From Octopus bimaculoides (lineage: Eukaryota): a stretch of 64,000 bases of DNA. Each line of letters starts with the position of its first letter. The stretch's first letter is position 1. Under the pieces are notes generated by a model, which saw only the letters and a list, made by a program, of their open reading frames with translations, made no database searches and was not told the origin of the DNA. The stretch is taken from the NCBI RefSeq assembly GCF_001194135.2, contig NC_068987.1:96472715-96536714 (forward strand), read 5' to 3'. A program made the position numbers and the translations under genes. Shown in pieces: positions 50,715 to 63,760 of this stretch.

Positions 50715-52804
50715 TCTTATCCTTCTGGAGTTGATAAAATAAATACCAGTATGTCGCTGATATTTACCAATATAAATCCAAGAATCTAATCAAGTACACT
50801 TCCTCAAAAATGTATGGTTCTGTGACAAAGTTAGATATCAATATTATTATTATTATTATTACTATTACTACTTCTATTATTGATCATCATCATATTTGTA
50901 TTATTGCAGATAGCATATACTGTGGAGAGAAATCCTGACTGGCAAAGATATCCCTTCCGACAAACACCAAGAACAATGACAATGATGATGATGACAACAA
51001 CAATGATGATGATGAGAACGATAACTGCAATGAGCGAGACTGATGACTCTCGTGTGGTGTTTGGTCCTTCACATGGGTGGTGGGAGTGGTTACACAAAAC
51101 AGAAGAAAGAAGAAATACAAATGTTAAAAAAGGGAGAGTAAAAAAATGAAAAAAAAACCCGTCTGAAACATGTCCACTTTAATGTATAATTAATTCATCA
51201 ACTAATTAACTCGCCAATTAATTGTGCATCAGCTTAATGTCTGTACCTCTGATAAACTCAGACAATGTTTTGTGGAATAAAATATTCAATACTCTGCCAT
51301 CTTTGGAGTCCCTGTTTCTTTATTTAATTTGTATTTATTTCTATATTTCAAATGAGTATGTATTTAAGTGTGTGTGAAAGGTGGGTGGATGTACAATTGT
51401 GGGTAGATGTGAATATTCAAGAATGTGATTCTCATTAAAATGTTATTTTTCCATGCATCTCTTAGAAAACAACACATAAGTATGCCAGAGAAACTGAAGC
51501 GACTAGCATCCCAGTTGGCACCAAGTTCCAAATCATGGCATTTGGCTAATACATAGACATACAGAGAAGTGGATGGACATACACACACAGGTATGGCTGT
51601 GTGGTTAAGGTGTTAGCTTCTCAGCCACATGGCTTGGGGTTCAACATTTATTATGGTCCTAAAAACCAAATAAAATCGTTTAATACTGGTTATCTGTGGG
51701 GGAAAATCATGTATGACAGTGACTTCCTTCTCATAGCTAAATCAGCTGAAAATTTTGAAAAGAAATTCAAAACTAGGAAGCAAAACCTAGAATTAAGAAG
51801 CCTCAAAATTTTACTTAGAAGGAAAGAAGACAAAACACTACAACTATTATTATTGAAACATGGTCCATGCTTCCTGAAATTCACCTAACGCCTCCCCCTT
51901 TCCATTTCTTATTCCTCCTTTTTTTTTTTGTTTTAAAGACTTATTCATTGTTCCCTTCCTGTGCATATTCTATGTACTGTTCGTGCAGTTTTGGCTACTT
52001 TTTCTGATGAGTTGTAGTGCACCTGAGCACCGTATACAATAAGTTCATTGTATATTATATCACATGCAGAAAAGGATGGCGTACTGCATCAAAAATATAG
52101 TGGGATCTCAGGTAGGGGGAAAGTAAATTTCTTATGAGACTGGCAGATGCATAAGTTTAGTTATGAGTTCAGTAGTGAGATTTCATGAGATAAATTCCAA
52201 ACAGATGCTAAACTCACAGCTGGAATATCTTTATCCACAGGCCTACTGGATCAGTACAGATTTAAACAACAAATATGGGTGAAATGTGATCTAAAAGTCT
52301 GTGTGACCTACTGGGACAGCAGATAGAGGCATCAATAATTCTAAAAACAGCATACATTTATAAGGAAATTAAGATGTTTCTTGAAAAGAAAAAGAAAATC
52401 AAAGAAAGGAAAAATAAATAGACAATTATGAGTGAGTGAGTGAGTGTGTGTGTGAACGTGTGTGTGTGTGTGTGTGTGCATATACACACTCTTAGCTAGT
52501 TTTGTTTTTATAGGACTGTTCTAAAAGGTCCATTGAACATTATTTGAAAACTTTCATGTCAACTGCAACTTTATTTGATATATTTGCCAGAATGTATTTA
52601 CACTCATTGATGTAAAAATTAGGAAGGAAAGTAAAACAAACATTTGACCGAGACCAGTCATACGGATAAACATAAAAGATTGAAAAATACACAGGCAAAT
52701 GTAGAGGTGAGATGGCCGAGTGGATAAGATACTGGACTCTGCATGAAGATTAAGAATTTCAAATCTGTTGCAGTCAGTTTATTGTTTTTCTATACAGAAT
52801 ACAT

Positions 52805-52960
52805 AGGTGCAGATGTGGTTAAGAAGTTTGCTTCCAAATCATATGGTTTTAGGTTCAGTCTCACTACGTGGAACCTTGGGCAAGTGTCTTTTACTATAGC
52901 TCCAGGCCACTCAAAAGCTAGTGAACAGATTAGGTAGACATAAACTGAAAGAAGCCCATT
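52805..52960 (+). mobile_element. SINE family B, 5' half
   Basis: ggtgcagatgtggttaagaag..aggttcagtctcact..ccttgggcaagtgtctt. Confidence 0.72.
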
Positions 52961-54475
52961 GTGTGTGTGCGTGTAGCGGGGTGCATGCGTGAATGTTTTT
53001 GGCTTCTTGTCTTGATATTGTAAGATAATTGTAAATGATTGTCACTGTCATACAAGCAGCATCATTCATTTCTAATATTTTACAAAAGCATGTCCAGCAA
53101 AGGAGAAATTATTACCTTACTTGGAAACAAGTGAAGGCTGTGACAGGAAGATCAGTCTCAATAAACTCTGAGCCATGCAAAAATAGTAAAATGGATGCTG
53201 AAACAATGATGATGATGATAAATACATGTTTTACATGACATCAGCCCACTTAGCTATCATGAGTAGGTTCCAAATCCTGTGGGAATGCTACTACTGATAC
53301 ACCATCTTATCTAGGGAGAGACTAACTCGTTTCTCAACTGTTTCATGTTGTAAAGAATTTATATTCTGGATTTATTTCAGATTTTTGCTGGCAGAATCTA
53401 AGCCATAGTCATAGAAGAATGTAAACACTAAAAACTCATGCTAAATAGATTACAGAAGTATCCTAATACTGATTTGTAGGACAAGGAAGAAAACTGACTA
53501 TATTTCAAAATGAAAAATAATCAACTATTGATTGATAATAAAAATTTATTATCAATTATGCATTTATTATTGATTCATAATAATAATAAATTACTAGAGA
53601 ATTCTGATATTTAAGGACTATAGTTATTGGTGCGTTTGTACAGGGTGGGGGATTCCATCATTCCAGATCTAGATTTATCTTTATCATACACCAGCCTTGG
53701 GCAGTGCATCGTATTCTGATTTCAAATCTGTCATGGTTAAATTTATTTTCTTATTTGTCATGGTTAACTTTGTTTATTTTGAGTGGAGTAAAAAGATACA
53801 GCCCATTTGCTAAGACCATCTACGCTTGAGTAATGTTAATGTTAGAAACTATCTATGAACAAATTTCAAACAATCCACTACTCGCAGACAAAGAATACAA
53901 CTCCAAAAGACACAATGACACCAACTGAACACCTCATAACAGGCACTAGGAAGAGCAGCAAAAGAATTATGCAATTAAAAGAAAGCTCGGAGAACACAAG
54001 AATTTTATTTATTCCCAACAATTGAATGACTGGTCAAAATATAAATGGATAAATGAAATAAAATTCCTTAGAGAAACAAGGTTAAAGATTATGGGAGGCA
54101 TAAGGTTATAGCTAATGGGTAAAAGTAAATGAGACTGTGTGATACTTATGCCCTTTTCAATGCATTATCAGCTCAGGTGTGTTGAATAGATTGTGCTAAT
54201 ATTAAAAATGATTTGTGAACTCAGCCTGTCAGCAACTTGATATCTTGTTCTACCATGAAAAACAAAATAACTATAGACAATTACACACTCTAAAATAAAA
54301 TACAACATAAATATGATCCTTGGTTCTATGTAATTGCCATCAAAGAGCCTTATTGCCCTCCAAACAATTTAGTTACCCTCCTGTTGGCAGAGAGAATCCA
54401 TCTAAATTATAATTTGTGATGGAATGCTATAAAAATTTTTTGAAGGTGCAGAAGGAGAAGCCAGAGCACTTTAAT

Positions 54476-55488
54476 TTGATAGAAATACAAGACTGATAAT
54501 TACTTTAATAATCTTTGAGGAATAAATACAAATCCACAACAGTTTGAAAAGTGGAAAAGTTAAGAGTGAAGAGTGAGAAGGGAGGCAACTACCAAAATAT
54601 GTTCTGTCTGACATNNNNNNNNNNNNNNNNNNNNNNNNNNNNNNNNNNNNNNNNNNNNNNNNNNNNNNNNNNNNNNNNNNNNNNNNNNNNNNNNNNNNNN
54701 NNNNNNNNNNNNNNNNNNNNNNNNNNNNNNNNNNNNNNNNNNNNNNNNNNNNNNNNNNNNNNNNNNNNNNNNNNNNNNNNNNNNNNNNNNNNNNNNNNNN
54801 NNNNNNNNNNNNNNNNNNNNNNNNNNNNNNNNNNNNNNNNNNNNNNNNNNNNNNNNNNNNNNNNNNNNNNNNNNNNNNNNNNNNNNNNNNNNNNNNNNNN
54901 NNNNNNNNNNNNNNNNNNNNNNNNNNNNNNNNNNNNNNNNNNNNNNNNNNNNNNNNNNNNNNNNNNNNNNNNNNNNNNNNNNNNNNNNNNNNNNNNNNNN
55001 NNNNNNNNNNNNNNNNNNNNNNNNNNNNNNNNNNNNNNNNNNNNNNNNNNNNNNNNNNNNNNNNNNNNNNNNNNNNNNNNNNNNNNNNNNNNNNNNNNNN
55101 NNNNNNNNNNNNNNNNNNNNNNNNNNNNNNNNNNNNNNNNNNNNNNNNNNNNNNNNNNNNNNNNNNNNNNNNNNNNNNNNNNNNNNNNNNNNNNNNNNNN
55201 NNNNNNNNNNNNNNNNNNNNNNNNNNNNNNNNNNNNNNNNNNNNNNNNNNNNNNNNNNNNNNNNNNNNNNNNNNNNNNNNNNNNNNNNNNNNNNNNNNNN
55301 NNNNNNNNNNNNNNNNNNNNNNNNNNNNNNNNNNNNNNNNNNNNNNNNNNNNNNNNNNNNNNNNNNNNNNNCAGCAAATATTTGCTTCACCATATAATGC
55401 TATCTGTTGGAGTCTCAGCTTTTTTAGCTGCTATTTCTGAACTTTGGTATATGGTGAAGCAAATATTTGCTGATCCCTTAATTATGTT

Positions 55489-55521
<33 letters not shown>

Positions 55522-55698
55522 TTCAAGGTTTTAAGGCAATAGCTTGTAAAATCAGTAATGTCAGACAGAACATATTTTGGTAGTTGCCTCCCTTCTCACT
55601 TTTCACATTTTAACTTTACCATTTTTCAAACTGTTGAATATTTGTATTTATTCCTCAAAGATTATTAAAATAATTATCAGTCTTGTATTTCCATCAAG
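54476..55698. repeat. Foldback spanning an N gap; centre near 55420
   Basis: 54482-54614 is the reverse complement (~90% by eye) of 55558-55691. Inner perfect 25-bp IR at 55372-55396 and 55448-55472. Confidence 0.8.
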
Positions 55699-55884
55699 AC
55701 TTCTTGTGACAATCTCTGAAAATCTTTTCATTTTTTTCCCACAAATTCTAGCCAGAAAGCTCCTGTCAAGAGTGTGGGTCTTAGTATTACATGTTGAGAA
55801 GGTGTGTGTGCTGATGTGAATGTATTACTGAACAGATTTTTCCAGTTCATGTTTTGTCAGAAAACTACTCTATGTGAAGTGAAG

Positions 55885-56225
55885 GCACATGGCTCAGTGG
55901 TTAGTGTGTTGGGCTCACAATCATGAGGTAGCGAGTTTGATTCCTGGACAGGGCCGTGTGTTGTGTTCTTGAGCAAGACACTTTATTTCACATTGCTCCA
56001 GCTCACTCGGTTGTAGAAATGAGTTGTCATGTCACTGGTGCCAAGCTGTATCGGCCTTTGCCTTTCCCTTGAATAACATCGGTGGCATGGAGAGGGGAGG
56101 CCGGTATGTATGAGCGACTGCTGGTCTTCCGTAAACAACCTCACTCAAACTTGTATCTTGGAGGGTAACTTTCTAGGGGCAATCCCATGGTCATTCATGA
56201 CTGAAGGGGGGTCTTTACCTTTTAC
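55885..56225 (+). mobile_element. tRNA-derived SINE family C
   Basis: ggcacatggctcagtggttag (A box), gagtttgattcc (B box), gtgttcttgagcaagacacttta (CORE-like). Confidence 0.78.
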
Positions 56226-56439
56226 ACCATATGAAAATAAAGTTATGTACCTGAATAGAAGGTTACTGCCTTACCAGCAATCAATCCTCAACTCACCATT
56301 ACTTAACTATCAGGCCACTGAGGGATCCACAAAATGGTTACTTGATGTACTAGAAATAGCAGTCAAATCTCAAAACAGGTTGCGGTGAAAGGTGACATTA
56401 AACAATATATTTCATTTATTTTTCATTTATTTCATTTAC

Positions 56440-57020
56440 TTGTTTCAGTCATTCGACTGCAGCCATGCTGGGGCACCGCCTTTAGTCGAGCAAATCGACC
56501 CCAGAACTTATTTTTTGTAAGCCTAGTACTTATTCTATTGGTCTCTTTTTGCCGAACCGCTAAGTTACGGGGACGTAAACACACCAGCATCGGTTGTCAA
56601 GCGAAGCTGGGGGGGACAAACACAGACACACAAACATATACACATACATCATCATCATCATCATCGTTTAACGTCCACTTTCCATGCTAGCATACAAATA
56701 TGTTCACAGCCAGACTTCTACACATGTACATTGTATGCACACACAAACAGACATACATACTACTCTAAATTAGAACAGACTTGGCCTGTGACACCTAGTC
56801 TAAGCCATGCTAGTATGGAAAATAATGGAGATGTATGTGTGGAATATATATATATATATACATATATACAACAGGCTTCTTTCAGTTTCCATCTACCAAA
56901 TCCACTCACAAGGCTTTGGTCGGCCCGAGGCTATAGTAGAAGACACTTGCCCAAGGTGCCATGCAGTGGGACTGAACCCAGAACCATGTGGTTGGTAAGC
57001 AAGCTACTTACCACACAGCC
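56440..57020 (-). mobile_element. SINE family B interrupted at its microsatellite by a ~220-bp insert (56648-56870)
   Basis: 3' half 56440-56645 and 5' half 56870-57020 are both close to consensus. Confidence 0.8.
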
Positions 57021-57451
57021 AAACATGCAAAAAAAAAATGAGACAGTCACAGCTGAAATGTTCCCATACATAGATCACCTCAATCAGGGCTTAACAACAA
57101 CCATAGGCCACTCACCAGGTTGTGTTATTTCTCTCATTTTTTGTTTCTTCTACTAACAAAATCTATTGCACTTCATTTCTATCTCTCTTTTTCTCTCTAT
57201 CTCTTTATCACAAATATCATGATACGATACCACCTTCAACTAAAACCTTCCATTGTGTATCACTTGTCATATCTTCTACTAAACAAGTTTACCGATCCTT
57301 CTTTCACATTAAGTGTACAAAAAAAAAAGCCTAAGATGGACACAAAAATTATGGTAATAATGATGGCAGCAACATTAACGATGATTATAAGAAAGACCTA
57401 AACATAAACAGTCACATATACATATGTGTGCAGACATGCACTCTGAGAGCT

Positions 57452-57483
<32 letters not shown>

Positions 57484-58519
57484 ATGAACAGATTATACAT
57501 ACTCGTGCACACAGACATAAGTAGAGAGAATTATACATTCATGAAACGCATACAAATATGTTCACAGCCAGACTTCTACACATGTACACTGTATGCACAC
57601 ACAAACAGACATACACATTACTCTAAATTAGAACAGACTTGGCCTGTGACACCTAGTCTAAGCCATGCTAGTATGGAAAATAATGGAGATGTATGTGTGG
57701 AATATACATATGAATCTATAAAAGAAATGTTTCAATTTTGGACATTTTTAATATATCTGTATGAAAATTAAATCTAAGAAGAATATAAAAAAGTGAATAG
57801 TTCACTGCTTGTCAAAATGTCTTTGATTCATTTTCACAATACATAACAGATCAATTAAAGCAACATTTTTAATTCAAACTTTACCACCTTCTCTGAAATA
57901 GCAACATTTACTTCTAAAATTCTGGCAGATGATAGATTAATCAAGAAACATGCACATTTTAGAATATTAAATATTAATTATTTGAAACCGAAGTTGAATC
58001 AACACAGCAAAGAATAAGAAATTGGTAACATCTTTCACAGTAAAGCAATGAATTAAATGTGTTAGAGTATTTAGTATTTCCTCTGTGTTTTGAGTTCAAA
58101 TCCCACTGCATATCAAGAAATAAGCACCAGTAATAGACTGGATTTTATGTTTTATACTTTCCCGTTTTTTTTTTTTAAATAAAAAAAAAGCGAATTATCT
58201 AGGACCGAAGCAGATACAAAACAAATATCGATGTAACTGTCAAAATAGGGAGCATTTGAGAAGATGAAGAAATCTCTTGATGAGTTAAAATTCAGTTTCA
58301 ATTCCAGACAAAACCCAAACTCCTTGAACTCTGCATATTTTTTTTTATTTGATTTTTACATCCTAAGAAAATTACTATAACATAAAAATAAAAAGTTTGT
58401 GGGTGGGAGAAATTATTCTATTTTGTCAGTTCTGGGGCAAAATGCAACAGTATAATTAAAATCAATAAATTACTGGTATCTTTTTAACCAGAAACAAAAG
58501 TAGGTTTTGAAGGAGAGGA

Positions 58520-58835
58520 AATATACTTGATTATCTGTACCACATTATGCTACTAGTACTTGAATTAGGCAATCAGACAACTACAACTGAGACACATTTT
58601 ACTGATAGTCTCCAGCTCCAGAGTTGAAAGGCAAAGATGACCACTACAGGATTTGAACTTAGTTCATAGAAGGATGAAACTAAATAGTAGTTTCAAATTT
58701 TAGCACAAGGCCAGTAATTTAACGGAAGGTGGTTTAGTTGATCACATCAACCTCAGTGCTCAGCTGGGACTTATTTTATCAATCCCAGCTGCTAAACCTA
58801 GTGTGCTAATGATTCTGCCAACTCACCACCTTAGA
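58520..58835 (-). mobile_element. SINE family A copies (one diverged, one internally deleted)
   Basis: Same consensus. Confidence 0.65.
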
Positions 58836-59100
58836 TGAATCTATTGTAAATCATTCAGTTAAGGACTGTACTATTTCTTTTAAATCTGTTAAGTCCTAAC
58901 ATTGACAGAAGTGAAACGTTATTATAAAACTTAAATTACATTTGCTTCAACCAACAAAATAAGTATTTGACATTGACAACAAGAAATAATGTTGACTTCC
59001 AATTGCAAGAATTCTGGAAAAAAAAAATGTCCTTTTTCTTTTGTACTCAGAGACATTAGTCATCAAGTTGCCAGCTATCAACAGTAAGTCCATGTCTTAC

Positions 59101-59268
59101 CTGGAGTTTTTTGTACATCTCGAGGTTTAATGTTTTTATGTCTTCCAATTGCTTCCGCATTGAAATAATGTTATCCTGTTTCTCATGAATGTCTTTCTCC
59201 AGCAACCGCAATGCCATCTCCATTTCAGTTTTCATGCTGATCTGAAGCTCCAACTCTCGTTCAACATC
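59101..59268 (-). CDS. RUFY1/2: RUN and FYVE domain protein (RUFY1/2-like), internal coiled-coil exon, 168 nt, phase 0/0
   Basis: Translation [56 protein letters not shown] closely matches human RUFY1/RUFY2 as recalled ([26 protein letters not shown].HEKQD...). Acceptor ttcattgcAG|GAT and donor CAG|GTAAGA on the minus strand. Confidence 0.92.
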
Positions 59269-60664
59269 CTGCAATGAATTCCACAGTAATTGATATGAAA
59301 TATGAGTTGTATGAATTAATGCAGTTTGGGGAATGTTTGGTGTAGAATGTCAAAAGGGTGGCATACACAATCGTATAAAAGCCAACAAACACAATCACGT
59401 AATCATCAAGAGAGAGTAAATGCATAACAATAATAATAATGGTTTCAAATTTTGGAACAAGACCAGCAATTTTAGTGGCGGGGTGCTCAACTGGTCCCTA
59501 TTCCATCAACCCTGAAAGGGTGCTTTTTTAGTGGCACCAGTTACTTGAGAGTTCTTGTTATTTGAGTACCAAATGAGGGGGAGATTATTGTAATTACTAT
59601 TATCACAGCTAATGTTATAGGAAACTGAATTTTCAAATCTGCACGTGTCACTTTCCTGATGAATAAACTCTCTGCTCACCCAGCTGTAATTGAAATTTCA
59701 AACAGCAAAAACTAAATTTCTTCAGTTAGAAAATGAAGATGTTAATGATAGGTTCCCTGCATCTCTCTCCCTCGACTCAGTATGAGCGCAGCCCAATAAA
59801 AGAAGCTATTAAAAGAATTGTACATGTATACATTTACACTGATAACAAAGGAATATCTCTCAAATACCACTTAACTTTCTAAAAAAGAAAAAAGAAAAAT
59901 GGCAGGATACATTCAATAATGTGGTTCTGAATACCTTATACCTGAATAGAAATAAGATAATCAAGATAAGAGCACATCTCATCCTAGGTCTGCTGGATGA
60001 AGGCTGACCTGATTATCTCCCTTTAGATCAGCTATTAAGCGTCTAATAATTATCTTTAATATGTGAATGAGAAGAAACATTTCAGAAGGTTAATGTAGGG
60101 ATGTTGTCTGCTATTCAGTTCAGTGTCTTGCTATAATAAGATTAAATCCTACCAGTCCTAGTTTTTTTGTTTTTTTTTTGTATAATCACACAGGTTCTTT
60201 TTTACCTCATTAAAAAATACAAATCGGCATTATCTAAAGAAAATGGGGTAACTTTATTTCTAAAGTTTAAGCAATTAATCACATTTTGTCATTAAAGATT
60301 TGTCTACAGTATTTTGTTTTTATATAAGAATGTTTTAGGATATTCATAAACTACCCTAAAACATTCTGTAATAACAAAAGAATGCTATAGATGAAACTTT
60401 AATGATAAAACATAAGGAAGAGCAAAAAACCCTGATGTTGACAAGGTACAATACAAAATATTATGACAACATAAACATTATCAAATCATGTGTGTGTGTG
60501 TGTGTGTATCATCATTTTGACATCCACGTTTCCACACTTGTATGGGTCAGATGGAATTCATTGAGGAAAGACAGCCATAGAAAATTTGATCACTATAGAC
60601 AAATCATTTGTGCAGGTGGCTCAGTAAAAGCTCAACACTCATACATTGTCTTCGACGGGAGACT

Positions 60665-60705
<41 letters not shown>

Positions 60706-60708
<3 letters not shown>

Positions 60709-61085
60709 TCATAAAATACAGGGATTAGCATGAGTTGCTTCTCCAACATACTGAGAATTTAGAAATAGCAGTCAAAGAACTACTGATTCTAAACTACAAA
60801 TTTTCTCTAACGGATGGCGGACACTTTCAAATTTATCAGAATATTGGGCTGAAGAGCGGAATAGAGTAAATTCATACTCTTAACCATGAAACGTTGTATC
60901 CAATTAACTAAAGGCGGGTTTGTTTTTGCTTTTCCCTTTTGTTTTTGTTCTGTGTGTGCCATAAAATATCGCCGTCCGTTAGAGAAAAAATTTGTAGTTT
61001 AGAATCAGTAGTTTTTTGACTGCTATTTCTAAATTCTCAGTATGTTGGAGAAGCAACTCATGCTAATCCCTGTATTTTATGATTA
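60706..61085. mobile_element. Long-TIR MITE with TA flanks (Tc1/mariner-type non-autonomous)
   Basis: Arms 60709-60819 and 60970-61082 are near-perfect reverse complements (~111 bp) around a ~150-bp spacer; TA|CACTC...|TA. Confidence 0.8.
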
Positions 61086-61394
61086 TAAATGGTTTTACCG
61101 ATAAAGGTTTTTTCATACTGAACTACTTGGCTAAATTGTTAATTATTAATTTTATTACTAATTGACGATTCCCTGCCCTATATCTGTATATATATATATA
61201 TATATATATATAAGTTTTGGTACAAAGTCTAAAAATTTATTTTCATTCCAACTCTTTAAATTCTGATTTTAAATCCTGGTGTGGTCAACTTTAACTTATA
61301 TCTTACCAAGTTCATTAAAATAGAGTATTGGGGTTAACATAATTGACTATCACCTCCCTACCCCAAATAAATTATTATTATTATTATTAATATC

Positions 61395-61995
61395 ATTAGC
61401 ATGCCAGGCAAAATGCTTAGTGGTATTTTGCCCATCTTCATGTTCTGAGTTCAAAATCTGCCAAGGTCGACTTTGACTTTCATCCTTTCGGGGTCAATAA
61501 ATTAAGTACTAGTGAAACACTGGATTTTGATGTAATCGACTAGCCCCTCCCCCACAATTTCAGGCCTTGTGCCTATAGTAGAAACCATTATTATTATTAT
61601 TAAGGCAGTGAGCTGGCAGAATTGTTAGCATGTCAGGCAAAATACTTAGTGGTATTTCACCCGTCCTTACATTCTGAGTTCAAATTCTGCCGAGGTCAAT
61701 TTTGCCTTTCATCGTTTCAGGGTTGATAAATTGTACCAGTGAAACACTGGGGGTCAATGTAATTGACTAGTCCCCTCCCCCCAAATTTCAGGCCTTGTGC
61801 TTAAAGTAGAAAGGATTATTATTATTATTTTTTTTTTATTATCATCATATTCAAATGCCGCCAAGGTCAACTTTGCCTTTCATCTTTTGGGAGGGGGGTT
61901 GATAAAATAAGTACCACTTAAACAGTAGGGTTGATCTAATTGGCTTACCCATTTACCCAAAATTGCTGGCCTTGTGCCAAAATTTGAAACCATTA
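61395..61995 (+). mobile_element. Three head-to-tail SINE family A copies separated by (ATT)n
   Basis: ~61395-61590, ~61600-61815, ~61845-61995; each has ggtcgactttg(c/a)ctttcatc..ataa.t.agtac. Confidence 0.85.
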
Positions 61996-63149
61996 TTATT
62001 GTTATTGTTGTTGTTATTAGCACCAAATTTAGAGTAATTGCCAAAGGTAGAGTAATTTAATTTCCTTGTGCCACATATCTAGCAATTACAGCTGCTAATT
62101 CCCCACAAACATTCCTTCATTTAATTACTATAAATCAAAGTTATATCATTTTTCTTTTTTTTTTCTGCAGGAACATGAAAATGCTGCAAGTAAGAAGAAT
62201 CAAACAAAGAAAAATATTCAAGAAAAATTTACAAATAAAATTTTAAAAAACGACTGTTTTTACAATTTAAAACAAAGAAATTTTCTTCAAAATGTAACAA
62301 TTTAACAGTACAACGAATCATGATCTGTTACAATATCAAAACAACTTGACATATATCAGATATCGGTGCTTAAAGATTACAGGAAAGGTGCTTGCAGAAA
62401 TACAGTCAGAAGCAAAGAGTAAAATTTTGCAGTGAAGGAGAGGAACTGTGTGTGTAACATTGAGACAAACAACATCAAATAGCATTATTAAACAGAAATA
62501 TATCCATTATATATTGTGAAGAAAAAAAAATATATATATATATAAATATACATATCATCTATACATAATATTTATGTATATACAACTATTATTTTATGCA
62601 TATGACTGATGGAGTATACTGCCTCAAGTATCGGAATTTCATCAGATGGAAGATATTTTCAACCAAAAGATAAAATGGCAAGAGTATAAACAGAGTGATA
62701 CAAAAAATATTATGGAAAAAAAGCCTCAGCTAAACAACTAAGAATGAAAATACAAGATATCTAATTTTTAAACTGATTAACTATATACACACACAAAACA
62801 TAGGCATATATATATACACAGACACATACAACCAACTACCAACTGCACTATTTCCACTTTATTTTTGACAGGAAATTAAATACTAAATTGTTAGTCTACA
62901 CAAGATAGTAAAGTCACAAAATATGTTAACTAACTATACCTAATTCTTAAAAAAAAAAAGAAAATCCATACAATTAATATCTGCATTAATCAATGTAACA
63001 CTATGGTCTTGCAGTTGTTCTATAAGATACTGTGAATTTCCCCAAAAGTTACATATTCATCAAGGGAATACACTATTCACACCTACAGCTACATGCCCTA
63101 CAAAAACACTTTACATTTAGCCTCTTTTTGAAATCCCACTGCACATACT

Positions 63150-63760
63150 AAAAAGTTTCTGTATCCATTAGATAATTCACTAAGAAACAACAATTCTACA
63201 GAATAATGCATATGTAGTAGAGAATGGTATAGTGTAGAAGATACACTACTCTAGGAGATACTAAACATTCACTCAAGAATGGTGCATTATGGAAACATAT
63301 TCAATTCTACAAGGTACTGAACATTTACTGAAAAACTTTATATTGTAGTTCTATATGACATTATGCATTGATAAGAGAACTAACTGTATTATAGAAAAAT
63401 ATATCTACTTCACAATATACTACACAAGCACCATAGAATTGTTTATGATAGAAACATCCAACTGTACAAGACACAACATATTCATTAGAGAACTGCGCAT
63501 TGTAGAACATGTACCTAAAAGATACTACACGTGTTCATGCATTAGAGAACTGTGTATTGTAGAAAAGACACTATGTATTAATTAGAGAATTGCATGTTCT
63601 AGAAAAACACCCAATTCTACAAAACACTATATGCTCACTGAAGAATTACGTATTTATAAGAAACAGACCTGCTACACAAAACTCTATCCATTACTGTGTA
63701 TTATAGAAGTATATATCTAATTCTACAGGATTACTACACATTCAGTAGATAAAATGCATA
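63150..63760. repeat. Old degenerate tandem repeat (~40-60 bp; cattagagaactg.g.attgtagaa...ctacac)
   Basis: Recurring agagaact, ttgtagaa and ttctaca motifs. Confidence 0.55.

Noticed and set aside
55885-55965. tRNA-like A/B box sequences here and at other SINE heads
   Set aside because: No complete cloverleaf; each continues into a SINE body, so none is a tRNA gene.
59056-59274. 72-aa stand-alone ORF MQDVERE...WQLDD
   Set aside because: It is an internal RUFY exon. The M-Q start and VRHG... tail are intron sequence.
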